A program made the translations under genes and the position numbers. From Antechinus flavipes (lineage: Eukaryota): a stretch of 64,000 bases of DNA. Location of the stretch: the NCBI RefSeq assembly GCF_016432865.1, contig NC_067399.1, positions 639,654,001 to 639,718,000 of the forward strand, written 5' to 3'. The notes under the pieces are model-generated. The model did no database searches. It was not told where the DNA came from and saw only the letters and a program-made list of their open reading frames with translations. This document shows positions 13,201 through 26,090 of the stretch, one piece after another. Numbering within the stretch: the stretch's first letter is position 1; the number at the start of each line of letters is the position of its first letter.

Positions 13201-14899
13201 ATACTAAGGGGGCGGCCCCAGGAGAAGAGGAAAGGTGAGATAAGAACGTTGTTGAGACAGTAAAACTTGGCAGCCAACCGGGTACTGGTAAGAGAGGGGG
13301 ACACGGAGCTTTTACCTCAAACACAAAGCCCTTACTGTAGGCCCTGCGGCCAAAATCAGAGGGCCCGTGTTCCCCAGGGAGCCTGCTGCCTGCAGAACGG
13401 GAGGCCGGAAGGCTGAGGCTCTCAGCAGAGAAGTCTGTGGGAGGGAAAGGTGTACAGAGGGAGACAGCGCGTTCCAGCTCGCACAGGTGGCCCTCCTCCA
13501 AGGCGGCGGCAATCAGGACCTTCAGGAGGGACTGTGCAAGGCCATGAAGGTACGCCGCAGACTAAGAACTGACAGTCACCAGCTCTTTCAATGGTAAGTG
13601 AGGAACCTGAGGGACAGTTCAATCCCCCGGCCATGGAATTGCTCCAGAAGACTTCTTCATCTTTTTTCAGCTGGAAAATAAAGTACCAGAACTGGGACTT
13701 TGCCACAAGGGGATTAGGACGAGATGGCAGTGGAGTCCTGGGAGTGGGCAGGCGGCTCCCAAGTTTCTTACACTCTCAGGGACACCCTAAGCCTTCACAG
13801 CACTGCAGCCTCCCTGCCATCCCCCAAACACAGGAAATAACTTTAGCAGGAAAAATACCAACAATGCTCAAAATGTTAACAGGTTTTTGTCAGGATCCTG
13901 GACAATAAGTCCGCAAACTAATAGATTTTTGCCCATTTCCCACAGAGTTAGGGGAAAGGGTAATTGAAGGTCAGTGTCCTTGTTAGACACTGGCAGCAGT
14001 GACAGTGACTGTTGACAAAGGCAAACTCCTGTTCAGATGTCACATGCTAAGCAGGGGCTGGAACGAAGTACACACGCAGGGAAGTTGAGTCCTCTGGTCA
14101 CTAACAACGACAGGTGCAAGGTAATGAGGGGCAACAATCTGCCGAGTGTACTTCTGTGATACCAGACAAATTTGTCGTTAGCCTCCCTGCGTAAAGAGCC
14201 AGGTTCGTGACAGTGGAGGACATGAAAGGAGACCTAGAGGCCGTCCACTCTGCCCAAATCCACACTTGAGCAAAGCTGCCATCAGATATTAAGAGACATT
14301 TTCAGTTTCCAAACAAAATAATCATACCATGATTCAGAAGCAATAAAACTACTTCTGGCAAAACATCAACTGGGAAATGTTTTTAATTAAACTTTAAAAG
14401 TAATGACATTCCAGAAATTAAAGTACAAAAGCTGCTACATATTGAAAATTAATACCGTGAGAGACTGGTCATGTGTCTTGGGCGACCCTTCCCTTCACAC
14501 ATCATGGCACTAGGTTAAGCTTTTTCCTACAAATAGTAACATAATTCTCTTTCTCTTACTTACAGACTTATTATCTCTATTTCCTTCATTCTACTTCTCC
14601 ACTTTAAATGGAGAATGAAATTAAATGAACTATAAGATCTTTCCAAGTCCCTTTCAGGCCTAAATCTACAATCCTACAGTGGCAGGAGAGTAATCACAAG
14701 GACAAGAGTCAGGATAATTCCCAAAGACCTTGGCAGTTCAGTGAACCACAAACTTATAGGATTCAGCAGTGTAGCAAGACAACCCAAAAGGTAAAGGGAC
14801 AGAAAACTATTCTGACATAACTATGGTGTTCAAAATGAAGTGTCTCTGTACTCTATGGTTAGACAAAATATAGAGTACTATATTCAGTTCATATTTTAA

Positions 14900-15380
14900 G
14901 GATAATGAAATGTTGGGAAAGTTCTGGAAAGACACGCACACTAATGCTGCAGCTGAGAATTGATCCAGGGATTCTGAAAAGCAATCTGGAATTATCTATG
15001 AAAATGACCCAGACGATGAATACATATAACCCAAGGTAGTCAAAATTAGAAAGATAAGCCCCATATATGTCAAAATATTTACTACAAATCCTTTCGTAGC
15101 AGCAAAGAACTAGAAACAAAAGTCAATCGCTCTAAGGGGTCAACTATACGTGTTGGAACAATGAACATAAGTTAATTAAAAAAAAAAAGATGGAGAAGAC
15201 TTACATGAACTGATGCAGAATGAAGAAAACAAACATAGCAAGCAATAAAAATGATCTCAGTGATGAAAGAACCACCACAAAACCATCTTGGTCCTAGAGA
15301 TGTGCTAAAAAGTCTATCCCCTGCTCCTTTGCTCAAGTAAAGGATGATACAATGTCCCTGCTGCATTCAATAAGTTAGGT
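14900..15380 (+). mobile_element. Old LINE-1 3' fragment
   Basis: aaagcaatctggaattatc...tttcgtagcagcaaagaactagaaacaaa...gaagacttacatgaactgatgcagaatgaa. Confidence 0.6.
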
Positions 15381-15559
15381 GTCTTATTTAAGTTGCTAAG
15401 TTTTGCTGAAGTAGGTTCCCTCATCTCTAATTTTTATTAATTGATTCAAAAAATCATTTTCTGAAAGTAAGATTGTGAGAAGACACATAAATGAATCAAA
15501 AGCCAAAGATAGTATAGTTTTTCAAATCACTGACAAACCCAAGTATATCTAGAGGAAGG

Positions 15560-15930
15560 TAAATAGGATAGTGAAAATTTATAGTAAAATCAAGTGAATG
15601 AAATAGGGATATTTCATCTGAAGAAGAAAAGTTGGGGAGGTGGGGAATGGGACAGACACAGGACCATTGGTAAGTACTCGAAAGGACATGCCACAGCAGA
15701 GAAGGATGACATTTATCCCATTGGCTCCAAAGGTCAGGACAAGAATGGATGGATACAAATTGAAGAGGCAAATCTAAGGAAAATGTTTTAATAATTAGAG
15801 AGGTCCAAACTAAGAATAGGCTACTTCATGAGATAATGAATCCCCAACTCTAGAGATCTTCAAGAGTATATCTATGCAGGGGTCATTCCCATTTGGGTCC
15901 AAGTCACATTTAATGACCTCTGAAGCACCT
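15560..15930 (+). mobile_element. L3/CR1 3' fragment
   Basis: gggatatttcatctgaagaagaaaag...ggctccaaaggtcaggacaaga...gagataatgaatccccaactctagagatcttcaag. Confidence 0.55.
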
Positions 15931-17849
15931 TCTAATTCTAACTAAAGGAAGCTAATTGGAAATGGGAGGAGGGAAGGAAAAACAAAAACCTAGGTCATCA
16001 TCATCATCATTATTATATCATCATTTTGCTAATAACTAATTAATTTATATAACTCTTTAAAGTTTAGAAAACACTTTGCAAATAATGTAAATATAAATAT
16101 TATACCCATTTCACAGATGCAGAAACTAAGGCTCAGAGAGGTTAAGCAACTGGCCAACTGTCACACAGTCTCAGTAGACATCAGAGCTAAGATTCCAGCA
16201 TTGCTCTCTTGAAAATTCTAGCACACCTCATATCATACACAGCTGCCTTCTCTGAAGCAAAACAAAGATGGTATAGGTTGCCGGCAAGATGGTCCTTTTA
16301 GTGTTCTTTCTTCCAACTCCACACAATTAGAAAATAAAATTGAAAATCAAAGAAAAACATTTCTCCTGTCCAATCTAGAAACTCCTATGGAGGTGTCACA
16401 GAAACCGATCCCCTGGTAAAGAGGTGAGATTCTATTACATCTGGGGTCCATTTCCTCCTGAGAGCTGGGAGGACAAGAGGACAGGCCCAGAGGTTCCTGG
16501 GCTGCCAGCTCCGCTCCTACCTTTGGCTTGCTCCCTGAATAGCTTGTGGGTCACAAAGGGGACGGATCCTAGGAAGAGAATGCAAACGCAGACCCTATAA
16601 GGAAAAAGCAGCTCCAAAGTCAAGGATCCTGAGGAGAGGGTTATAAGAGGCAGACGTCATGGAAATCTAACCATGGAAGGGTCACTTTTAGACCACAGAC
16701 CCACTAGATTTCTTAGCCCTGGGAAGGTGCCCACAAGCTGGGTCTACCCTACTGTCCTTTTTTCTTTTTAAAATGATTCCATGTGGGTTCAGTTTCACTC
16801 TGGAGCAGAGTTAGCTCTCAAATAGTCAAGAAGAAAATAAATAGAAAAAAAAGATTTTTATGGGCCACAAGACACTGAAAATCATGAATGTTCAATAACT
16901 AACCACAGACTAGAAAGATGTTGGGGGGGGCCGGAATGTGCCCCATCCATTCATTCTGTGAGACTCTCTTCGAATCTCACTCTCTACCACTAGCAGAGAA
17001 AGGTAGATGATACCCTGGTGTCTTATCAGAACATGTCCTTGGACTTGGCTTGCTACATTTTCCAGTCCAGTTTCCAGTGACAGATCAGAGGTCTACTAGC
17101 TGAGAAAATGGTCCATTTAGCTAATTCATTCCAAGTACTCTAAGAAGAGTCTTCCTAACCCTCTGACTTACTTTCAGACCAGAGAAGGTGATGACCTGAA
17201 TGTGGCCCTGCAGTTGGGTTCTTTTTGTGTCTGATCGCAAATAAACCACCTGCACAAGATCTTATATTGATTCCTTATTGTCTGAAAGAGGAACATAACA
17301 TTACATATCATTGCCTGTCCTATTCTGCTTGTGAGATCCAAAAGGGAATGATCATCCACAGTGACACGAAGTTAAAAGAGACCAAAAAGAGATGCTTTTT
17401 TCCAAAGGTAGATGATTAATACAGTTTTTCTATGACCCTTTGAATGTACCAACGGACTGATTGGCCTGTCATTCAGAAGGGGCACTAAGTCCATGGAGTT
17501 TATGGGAGAAATACAAAAGTCAGTGTCAATCCTGATTTATCAGTATTACATGCATAAAAGTCCACTGATAGGTTACAATTGATAACTAATCTTTAGCAAG
17601 ATACTACCTAAGATCAAAACCTTCCACCCTGAAATTGTATTATCAGGAAAGAGGTTTTACTCTCCTCTGCTTCTCCTTTTTTTTTTCCTCTATCACTATT
17701 GCACAATACAAGTCCCAAGAGCTTTTCAAGAAGAGCTGGAAACTCTGGCTTTACAGCCTATAATACCGTGGAAAACAAAAATGAGTTCCACCCAGCTTCT
17801 TACAGACTGCTCTGGGAAATGATCTGCAAGACTGACCAAGACAAGCTAA

Positions 17850-18022
17850 TGAAAACTACATGGATTAATAAGAATTAAATTAGGAATTCAGGGCTGGTTC
17901 AATAGCAGGAAAACTGTGAATATAATCAACCATATCAATAACAAAACCAACAGAAATCATATAATTATCTCAAAAGATGCAGAAAAAGCTTTTGACAACA
18001 TACAACACCCATTCCTAATAAG
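17850..18022 (+). mobile_element. LINE-1 ORF2 reverse-transcriptase fragment
   Basis: Translates [43 protein letters not shown], matching the L1 RT motif QGWFNI...NHMIISIDAEKAFDKIQ. Confidence 0.85.
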
Positions 18023-19468
18023 AACTGAACTTCAAGCTAAGGATTAAGTTTACCCAACAAAGTGAGAAATTCTTCAGGAAAACAGCCAGGGAGCTAACAC
18101 TGACTTTCTCCATTGTAATCCTAGAAGAATAGAGCCAAAGGTACATTATTTTATTTTTCATTGAACCATAAAACTTTGTAGCTTCAAAATCCAAATCTAA
18201 AACTGGGGCAAAAAACACTTTTGGTGCTATTTCAAAAGACACTGGATTATCATGATCGAGATTAGTAAATTCCTCCCTTCCCTCCATCTCAAATAATCCT
18301 AATCAAACAGAAGGAATCGAATTTAAGGAGCAAAGTATTAGAATGAAGTTAGTCTGGCAATCTATGTTCTCTCCCCTAATCATAAGCTACTGATCACAGT
18401 CAATAGGAAGATATTTATTGTCAGGAACCATCAGAACACCTTTATTAAGTTCCTGTTATGTACTGAGAGCTATGATAATTAAGTAAGGCTCTCTTCACTG
18501 AGTCAACAACTTCACTGTGGCAACACAAACTCACTTCCACATTCACAAACAAGATGAAACATACCTGAAATAAAATCACCCTATATAATTAGTTATCTCC
18601 CCCCCATCCCACCCCAGCCAAAGCCAATGGGGCAAAAAAAAAAAAAAAAGTAAATATGCTTTTACATAAAGTAAATAAAAGCCCATCTGCAGCTACATAA
18701 TTATGTTCCTGATTAGGATGAACAAAAAAGAATCAGAAAAACAAATTTCCCCAAAGGACCTTATCTTCTCTCAGAAAGAAAAGGCAGACAGGGCTGGGAA
18801 TGAGATTTTAGAGATATGCTCTGTGATTCAGACACCAGGTAAGTAACAAATGGGGAGGGAAGAAAAAGGCTTTTGCTTTTAAGCATCCACACACCTTGCC
18901 CTCTGATACTCATTTCCTCATTTGCCAGTGGGTGATACTAGACCTGGAGTTCTCAAATGCTTTCCCATTTTCTCTCTGGATATCACTTCCGCTTAAGCCA
19001 GAAATATTGCAATTGTCACTACAACCCCATTGTCACAAATATAATTATATGTACTTTATAGGAGAAAATACTAAAAGAATACTGAAAAGACAAAGATGGA
19101 TAAGAATGAAGGGCCTTATCATAAGGAAGGCTGGAAAGTAGAATCCAAGCCCTCCTCAGGAAAGGAAGCCTCAAATAGTATTAGGCTGTAATATAGAAGC
19201 TCAATTAACATCTTTGTTGCTGGGCCAAAAGGTAGGCCCAGGGCACACTGACACCTGATAGTCACTGAGTGCTCCCATTTATTGATTTGGCTGACCAAGA
19301 AAATCAATCAAGGGAAAGTAAATTGTGTAAGTTTAAAAAAAAAGAAAAAAGAAAAGAAAAGAAAAGGTTATCTGAGATTCATTTATGAGATCTGAACTAA
19401 AATAACTACTTGAATTACTAACATTCACAGGCCTTTCCCACACAATGGGAAGAAATACGATAGAAAGA

Positions 19469-19513
19469 ATCTCTTGTAGGGAAGAAACTTGTCATCTCTT
19501 GTAGGGAAGAAAC
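19469..19513 (+). repeat. Short tandem duplication (25-bp period)
   Basis: atctcttgtagggaagaaac at 19469 and again at 19494. Confidence 0.85.
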
Positions 19514-19778
19514 AATCTGAGCTCCTCTTCTCCTGAGTCTCTTAGCTCAGCAACTAGATAGGACTAAGTAATTCTAACATTAAAAATAAATTAGCTTTTC
19601 TAAACACTGAAACCTTTGCAAAATTGCCCTCAAAAGTTTTACTGTTTCTGGGGATGGCAGGAATTGACAACATTTTGAAAAGTGTTACCAAAGAAGGCTG
19701 TAAAGATCCCATTTCCAATATATTGTTTTGTTTCGTTTTGTTTTTATGAAAAGCCATGGTTTAAATATAGGCTGATCC

Positions 19779-19980
19779 AGAGGAAAATGGACTTCCATTG
19801 GGCACTCTGATTTCCTCCCAGTCCTAGGTCTTTGGCTGACCTTTATAACTACAAAGCTTTCCTTCCAATTCCAAAGTTATAGAGGAAAATGGACTTCCAT
19901 GGGGCACTCCGACTTCCTCCCAGTTCTAGGTCTTTGGCTGACCTTCAACTACAAAGCTTTTCATTCAATTGCAAAGTTAT
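19779..19980 (+). repeat. Tandem duplication, 2 copies of a ~102-bp unit
   Basis: agaggaaaatggacttccat...ctaggtctttggctgacct...actacaaagcttt...caaagttat starts at 19779 and again at 19881, with several substitutions. Confidence 0.9.
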
Positions 19981-22900
19981 ATCCTTTAGAAAGTGACTCT
20001 ATACAAAGTCTATTATCCATAGGTCACTATTGAATGAAAAAACAAATCCTATCTCTAAGGAGATGCCAGGTTTCCTATTAAAATAAAAAAATACCCCAAT
20101 TATTCAAAGCAAGTACTATTCTAGCACAGTTTTCAATGTAGGAGTTAATTCTCTTCTCAGCTTCATAAAAGAGTTCAATTCCATCAAAACAAGTTCATGT
20201 TTTGTAGGGGAAAGAAGAGAGAGATCAATGGGGGAGGAAACATAAAGGCCAAAAAAAAAAAAAAATCATCATTCTAAATCTACTTTGCCCATGGATCCTT
20301 CAGATAAAGCTCCACCCAGATCAGGAACAAAGTTCTTTCTCAAGTTATGTCTCCTAAATCTGGCTGACCCAAAGCTTTTTAGAGATAAATGCTTCTCATA
20401 TAAAGATTGCAAAATGAGCCAGACCTATAAGAAGCTCTGAAAAACACTAGACTGCCTGCCCTATTCCAAATAAAGGTCAACAATAGGCCAACAGATTCGG
20501 GATCCATTATCTACCTATATAATCCATAAAAAGAGTTATTGATTAAAGAAGCTATTTCTAAAAAATGATTTATAAGCTTGCCTCGGTAGTGACTTTTAGT
20601 ATTATCTTCATGAGTGAGCAAACAGATCTCACCCTGGTCATGACCAGATCTTGGTAAAACCAGATAAGTAGCTAGATAAATATCAGGAAATAGATGGGAA
20701 TTCATGGAATCAACCCAACCCAATAAGTAGGTTGTCCTCCCGAGAGTGGACTGGGAGGAGAAGCTCCTTCAGAACTGGGGCCTTGCCCCAATGGTGCCAG
20801 TGCTGAAACAAGAGAATCACAGCATGGCAGTGAGAGGAGGCTCTGACCAGCGGCGGCCCATGAGCCAGGGCTCACCCAGGAGCTCAGAGGCCCGGCAGAG
20901 CGGGCCCCGTAATGGCTGCTCCGAGGAGGTGCATGCGCTTCTCTCACACCGAGGACTTGCACAGAGGCTCAGCTGGAAGGGGCTGCCCAGGTCAGGCCTC
21001 TGCACTCACATCCCTGCTCCAGGGTCCGACCCTACAGAAATGGAGAATGAAAAGGGAAACCCAGAGGGGAGGCACAAAGCTCGCTCGCTGAGGGCAGGTC
21101 CCGAGGTATCCCGGGGCCTGCTTCTCAGCAAGGAGAGGTAAGCTCGGGCCGGCCCAGCCGGGACAAACGGACGCCGCAGTTCTTCCCAGAACCGTCCCTT
21201 GGATGAGGGCACGTAGCTGGGCTTTCCGTAACCGCAGTGATTCCAGCAGAATTTCAGCTGTGCCCTTACCCGCTCAGGAGACCCAGAACGTGAACAGACC
21301 ATCGACAAGAACCAGAACTCATTAACTCACAGATAAAGAAACAGACCAGTAGCTGAATCGCCTTCCTGGGGAAGCCGCCAGGGACCTGCAAGCCACCTAG
21401 AGGGAGCCCCGCCACCCTTTTCTCCTGCCCCCCAGACCTCCCGACAAGGCACAAGCCCAAGGGGATGCCCAAGGCAGCAGGCCTCCGGTCTGCTCTTACA
21501 AACTGAAAAGGAGTATTTCCTTTCGCCTAAATCTCACAGGATCTGGAGCTACCAAAATAATTCAATACTGTCTCAAAAAGTCTACTCCTTTTAAGTCACT
21601 TTGCCATAATTACTGGCAACAAGAGAGAGATAAATGTTTTTTTTTTTTTTAATTCTCTGAAGAACCTTCTCCTCCAGCACTAAGCAGACTGGACCCTCAG
21701 ATTCCTGTCAGGAGATGGTTTCTGTCCTAAGATGACCCACCAGAAAACATGATTTAAACTCTGAACTCTTACCTACTGGGCACATTCTAAGAGCAGAGTC
21801 CTTAAATGAGTGTTATCAGTTATTACTATCTCCAAGATAAACTTAGAAGAGTAAAAGTATCTTGACCAAGAGCTGATGCGTTCAAAAGTTTCTGGGAGGA
21901 CAAAGTCTCTCTGTGAGCCAGGAGAGGGAGGAGAGCTAACCTAGAGATGGGCCACTATCCTGATTTTCTCGGAGGTGCTTCAGGGATCCTGGCGGCAAAG
22001 CAGATGATGGCCTTTGCGAGGAATGGGGCTGGTCCTCATGAGCGATTACAGCCAGGAACAAGCAGCCATTACGAGACCCCAGCCCCTCCAGACTCGGGCA
22101 GCAGCTCCTGGTCCTCCTTGCGCTCCACTGGTACAGCATGGAGCACCCAGGGTCACAACCCCATCGTGGTGCAGCCTCAGGACACAAATCAAAATCTCAC
22201 AGTCTTTACTGACGGCCAGGTACAACATAGCCGGCCAGTATGAAACGTAACATCTCGTAAGGGGTCCCTCTTGCCAAGCTCCTGACATTCATCAGAAGCA
22301 AGCAAATCTTTCTGGAATCTCGCTTCAAAATTAAAGTTGATCTAGCTTTAAAATTTTAATAAAATTCTTACATTTTTCCACAACTCCAAGAGGAACAACT
22401 CATAAAGGGTGTGTTGGACCTAGTCCTAGTGAAGCTCTCCTTCCCAGAAGGAAAGGACTCTCAACCAGTGGGATGTGAAGGGAGGCGAATGAGGGAGAGA
22501 CAAGGAATCAGGAGACAAAACAGAGATTTCTGGGCTCTCCTTTCCTACAAGACCGCAAGGACACGTCTTCTGCCCTTATGCCAAACCAAGGTCACGGTGC
22601 GACAGAGATAATCCTCTGCTACCCACACAAGCACCTGCAGTGGAACCCAACCTTCAAGTCATGGCCCACGCCACCTGCAGCTTGGAAGTATTCTAAGAAT
22701 GGCAATCCAGCCGCGGAAGGGGACACGGGAGGGGAGGCTGAGGCCCTTTTCATGGTCCTAGGGAAGAACAGGCGCCCTCTCCAACCCCAAGAACTCTCAG
22801 CAGGCTCTGGGCCACCTTTCCACCTTAATGCTGCTTAATGGATCTGAACAAAGATCCCACTTCTGATCCGTGCAAGTCATTTCTCCTCTGACACTCTGAG

Positions 22901-23955
22901 GTCTCTCCCAACTTTAAATCTATGATCTCAGGATCTTTTCCTCAGGAAGAGCCGGCTCCCTCCTTCACTGTTGTCCTCAGAGATGACCCCCCTTCCTCCA
23001 CACTGACAGCCTAATCACTTCTCTGGAAATAAATGCCCCCCACCTTGAACACAAGACAAGCTCCAGAAGCCACAGATGTGCCCTGGACCCAGCCCCATAC
23101 CTTAGACATGGAAGGAGAGTTAATAAATATTTACTAAGCTACTTACAATAAATTACCTTCCCCTCCACCCTGCTCTTCTTTCCCAATTACTCTTTACACT
23201 GTCATAACATTTTATGACTTTATTCCTCTCTACCCTGAAGTTCCATGTATAATGCTATAACTCCAATTTACATGTTTACATACCTTGGCATTTGGACTTA
23301 AATGTATATGAAAACCAACTCTCTGGGGCAAATATTTAATCCCAGCCTGACTTGCCCACTTTCAATTAGTATATTCTGGGAGGAAATACAAACTATATAT
23401 AACATGAAACTAGACAAAATACAATTAGGAAGGCAAATCTTACCAAAAACTCCCAGTAAATTACAAAGCCAAATATGTTTTGTTTTGGGAATACACTACT
23501 GCTCTATATATCATTTGTACATAATTTTATTTTGGGAAAATTTTAATTTGGGAATACACTACTGCTTTCATCCATCATCAAAATCTCTAAGAAAATGACT
23601 GTTTCCTTCTTGATGCTCCCATTAGATTGTAACAATATCAAATATAGATAGTTATCCACCTAGAACATATATTCAAATATAAACGTAAGAGTTTCTAACC
23701 TTCTAAAAACCCTTCCCACCATCTTGAATAAGACTCATCCCCAAAAAAGGACCAATTCTTAGGAGAAGAAATAATTACAGAACTGGTTTTTCAGTGTACA
23801 CATATTCAATTCAAAAAACATCTATTAAGTATCTATTATGGGCTAAGTGAAGGGATACAAACAAAAGAAAAATACTCTGCGTCCTCAAGGAGATTGCAAT
23901 CTAATGCAAGAAGATGGAAAGGGGAATGGGGGGGAGAGGAGATGATATTCTATGA

Positions 23956-24147
23956 CAAGGGTCCTCAAACTACAGACTGCGGGCCAGATGCAGCAGCTGA
24001 GGACATTTATCCCCCTCACCTAGGGCTATGAAATTTCTTTATTTAAAAGCCCACAAAACAAAGTTTTTGTTTTTACTATAGTCCGTCCCTCCAACAGTCT
24101 GAGGGACAGTGAACTGGCCCCCTGTTTAAAAAGTTTGAGGATCCCTG
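23956..24147 (+). mobile_element. Non-autonomous hAT DNA transposon of OposCharlie1 (OC1)/nhAT1 type, 192 bp
   Basis: 16-bp TIRs caagggtcctcaaact / agtttgaggatccctg (2 mismatches) and an 8-bp TSD ttctatga / ttctatgg. The internal ...ctgagggacagtgaactggccccctgtttaaaaagtttgagg matches my recollection of the OC1/nhAT1 termini. Confidence 0.85.
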
Positions 24148-25429
24148 TTCTATGGAGTCAAAACCAAGCTAAGCAGCAAATGGAGAATTGAGAGTTACTT
24201 GGGAATTTTTGCAAGTTCAGAGCTCTCTATAAAGAAAGGCTTTGGTAGGAGTTTTACTGCTCTATCCTCCAGTTCTCCCATCAGGAGAGGCAATTGAGTG
24301 AGCTGACAAGGTGCTGAGTATCAAAAACAGTATTCCCAGAGAAACTCTGGGTTTCAGGGGCCACCTGCCTCAATTTGTGTCTGGATACAAATCCCCACTA
24401 CAACATACCCAACAAGTGGTTCACCAGCCACTAGTGAGAGGGCGGGCCAACAGTAGTGACCACATGGAAATCCATCCTACTTTGCACAGAACCTAAATCT
24501 ACTTCTCTGCCTACTTGTTACCCAGTATTCCTAAGCCTACTCTTTGGCTTATCTGCCCTGTAAAGGACCTGGAAATGAGGGAACTCCCAAAAAAGGAAAA
24601 CAAGTTAACAAAACTCAAACTTTAGAAGTGAGACTTTGAGCCCAGAAATCAAGCTCAAAAAGCCTAAGATGGTATCTCTAGGGCCAGGAAAGGCATCCAG
24701 TTTCTCAAGAGATGTACTCTCTCTTGAGCAACAAGCCCGAGTCACAAAGGCCTAATCTAATTCTCGTTAACAACTGTCTTTTGTCTGATGAGCCTGGAAA
24801 AGTCTCACAAGAGGCCTGTGTGGCTCAAGCACGGGACGTAGAGTCTGAGGATCTCAGGCAAACTTTTAGTTCTCATATTTACTTCTTGTGTAATCTGGAA
24901 CAAATAACTTAGGTCATTTCCTATGCAGAATGCTAACAGAGTTGAATAATTACTACTCATATCTTCTATGACACTTAGCCCTGTGTATTCTCTTTGACTC
25001 AGCTCTACCCCACAGCCTCCCTCCCCACTTCCGGCTCTACATTTGCCTTATAGTGGCAGAAATGGGAGTTAATAGAGGTTCCAGCAGAAAATGATCAGAA
25101 ATCGGGTCACCCAAGCTTTTGCACCTTCTATCTGACTAACTGCATAAATCTCCATTCAAGAAACAATTGATTTTTCACATGCACAACCCACAATTGTGTG
25201 GTCTGGAGTAGAGGGCCCCAACCAACCAATCACAAAAGTAGTCCAGGTCTGATCTGCAGGATTAAGGGGCACAGCATTTTCTCTGAAACCTGAGCTCGTT
25301 TCCAATAGCCAAAGACCCTGCCACAGTAGAAGGGCTGCTACAGTCCCCTAGTCTCCTCCCTATCTCCAAATCAGTGCACCACAACCACAGCACTTCTGCC
25401 TCCTGATTCAAGACCTGCACAAAGAACAA

Positions 25430-26090
25430 CGTGTCTGGCAGTTCTCAAACTTTTTAATCTCAGACCCTCTTGAAATCTTATTTTGTTTCTATGGAGTATT
25501 TGCAGGGGTATAGTGAGGCTTAAATGAGTAAGCAGATGGAAAGCCCTTTGCAGATCTTAAAGCACTACATAAATGCTTGTGATTGTTGTTGTTAGCGTTA
25601 CCATTAGTCCCCAGTCTGTTGATGATTTGGTTCCCTGAGCCCCCTGCCGCACTCTTGCTAAGTTTAGCGTTCATAGGAATCTTCAAAAAATATTATAGGG
25701 GTATGCAGCAAAAGATTTAACAACTGGACACTTGAGGGAAAATAAGTATATGCACACAGATTTTATTTAATTTGCATTTTTCTATCACCTCCTTAAATCT
25801 AAACAATCCGCAAAATGACAAATAAAGCTTTGATTTGTAGTTTTTAATCTAACCTGATTGTTTTAGCACAATCCTAATCATATCAATATTTCTGTATTAG
25901 AAATTAAAACTAAAAATTTTAACCTATTCCACATTTAACAGGGAATATTTTTATGAAAAATAGCTATATTTTCCTAAACAAAAAAAAAAAAAATCTGAGT
26001 GAGAACAGTGTCACCGTTCACACATTTTTGCACATTTCTTTAATGTCTGGTTTAATTTATTTTTTTAAAAGATAGCTAGATTCACTGATT
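25430..26090. mobile_element. Old hAT-Charlie-like fragments interrupted by a MIR piece (~25490-25580)
   Basis: cagttctcaaactttttaatctcagacc start, and a tgagtgagaacagtgtcaccgttcacacatttttgcacatttctttaatgtctggtttaat segment resembling Charlie1-family sequence. Confidence 0.4.
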
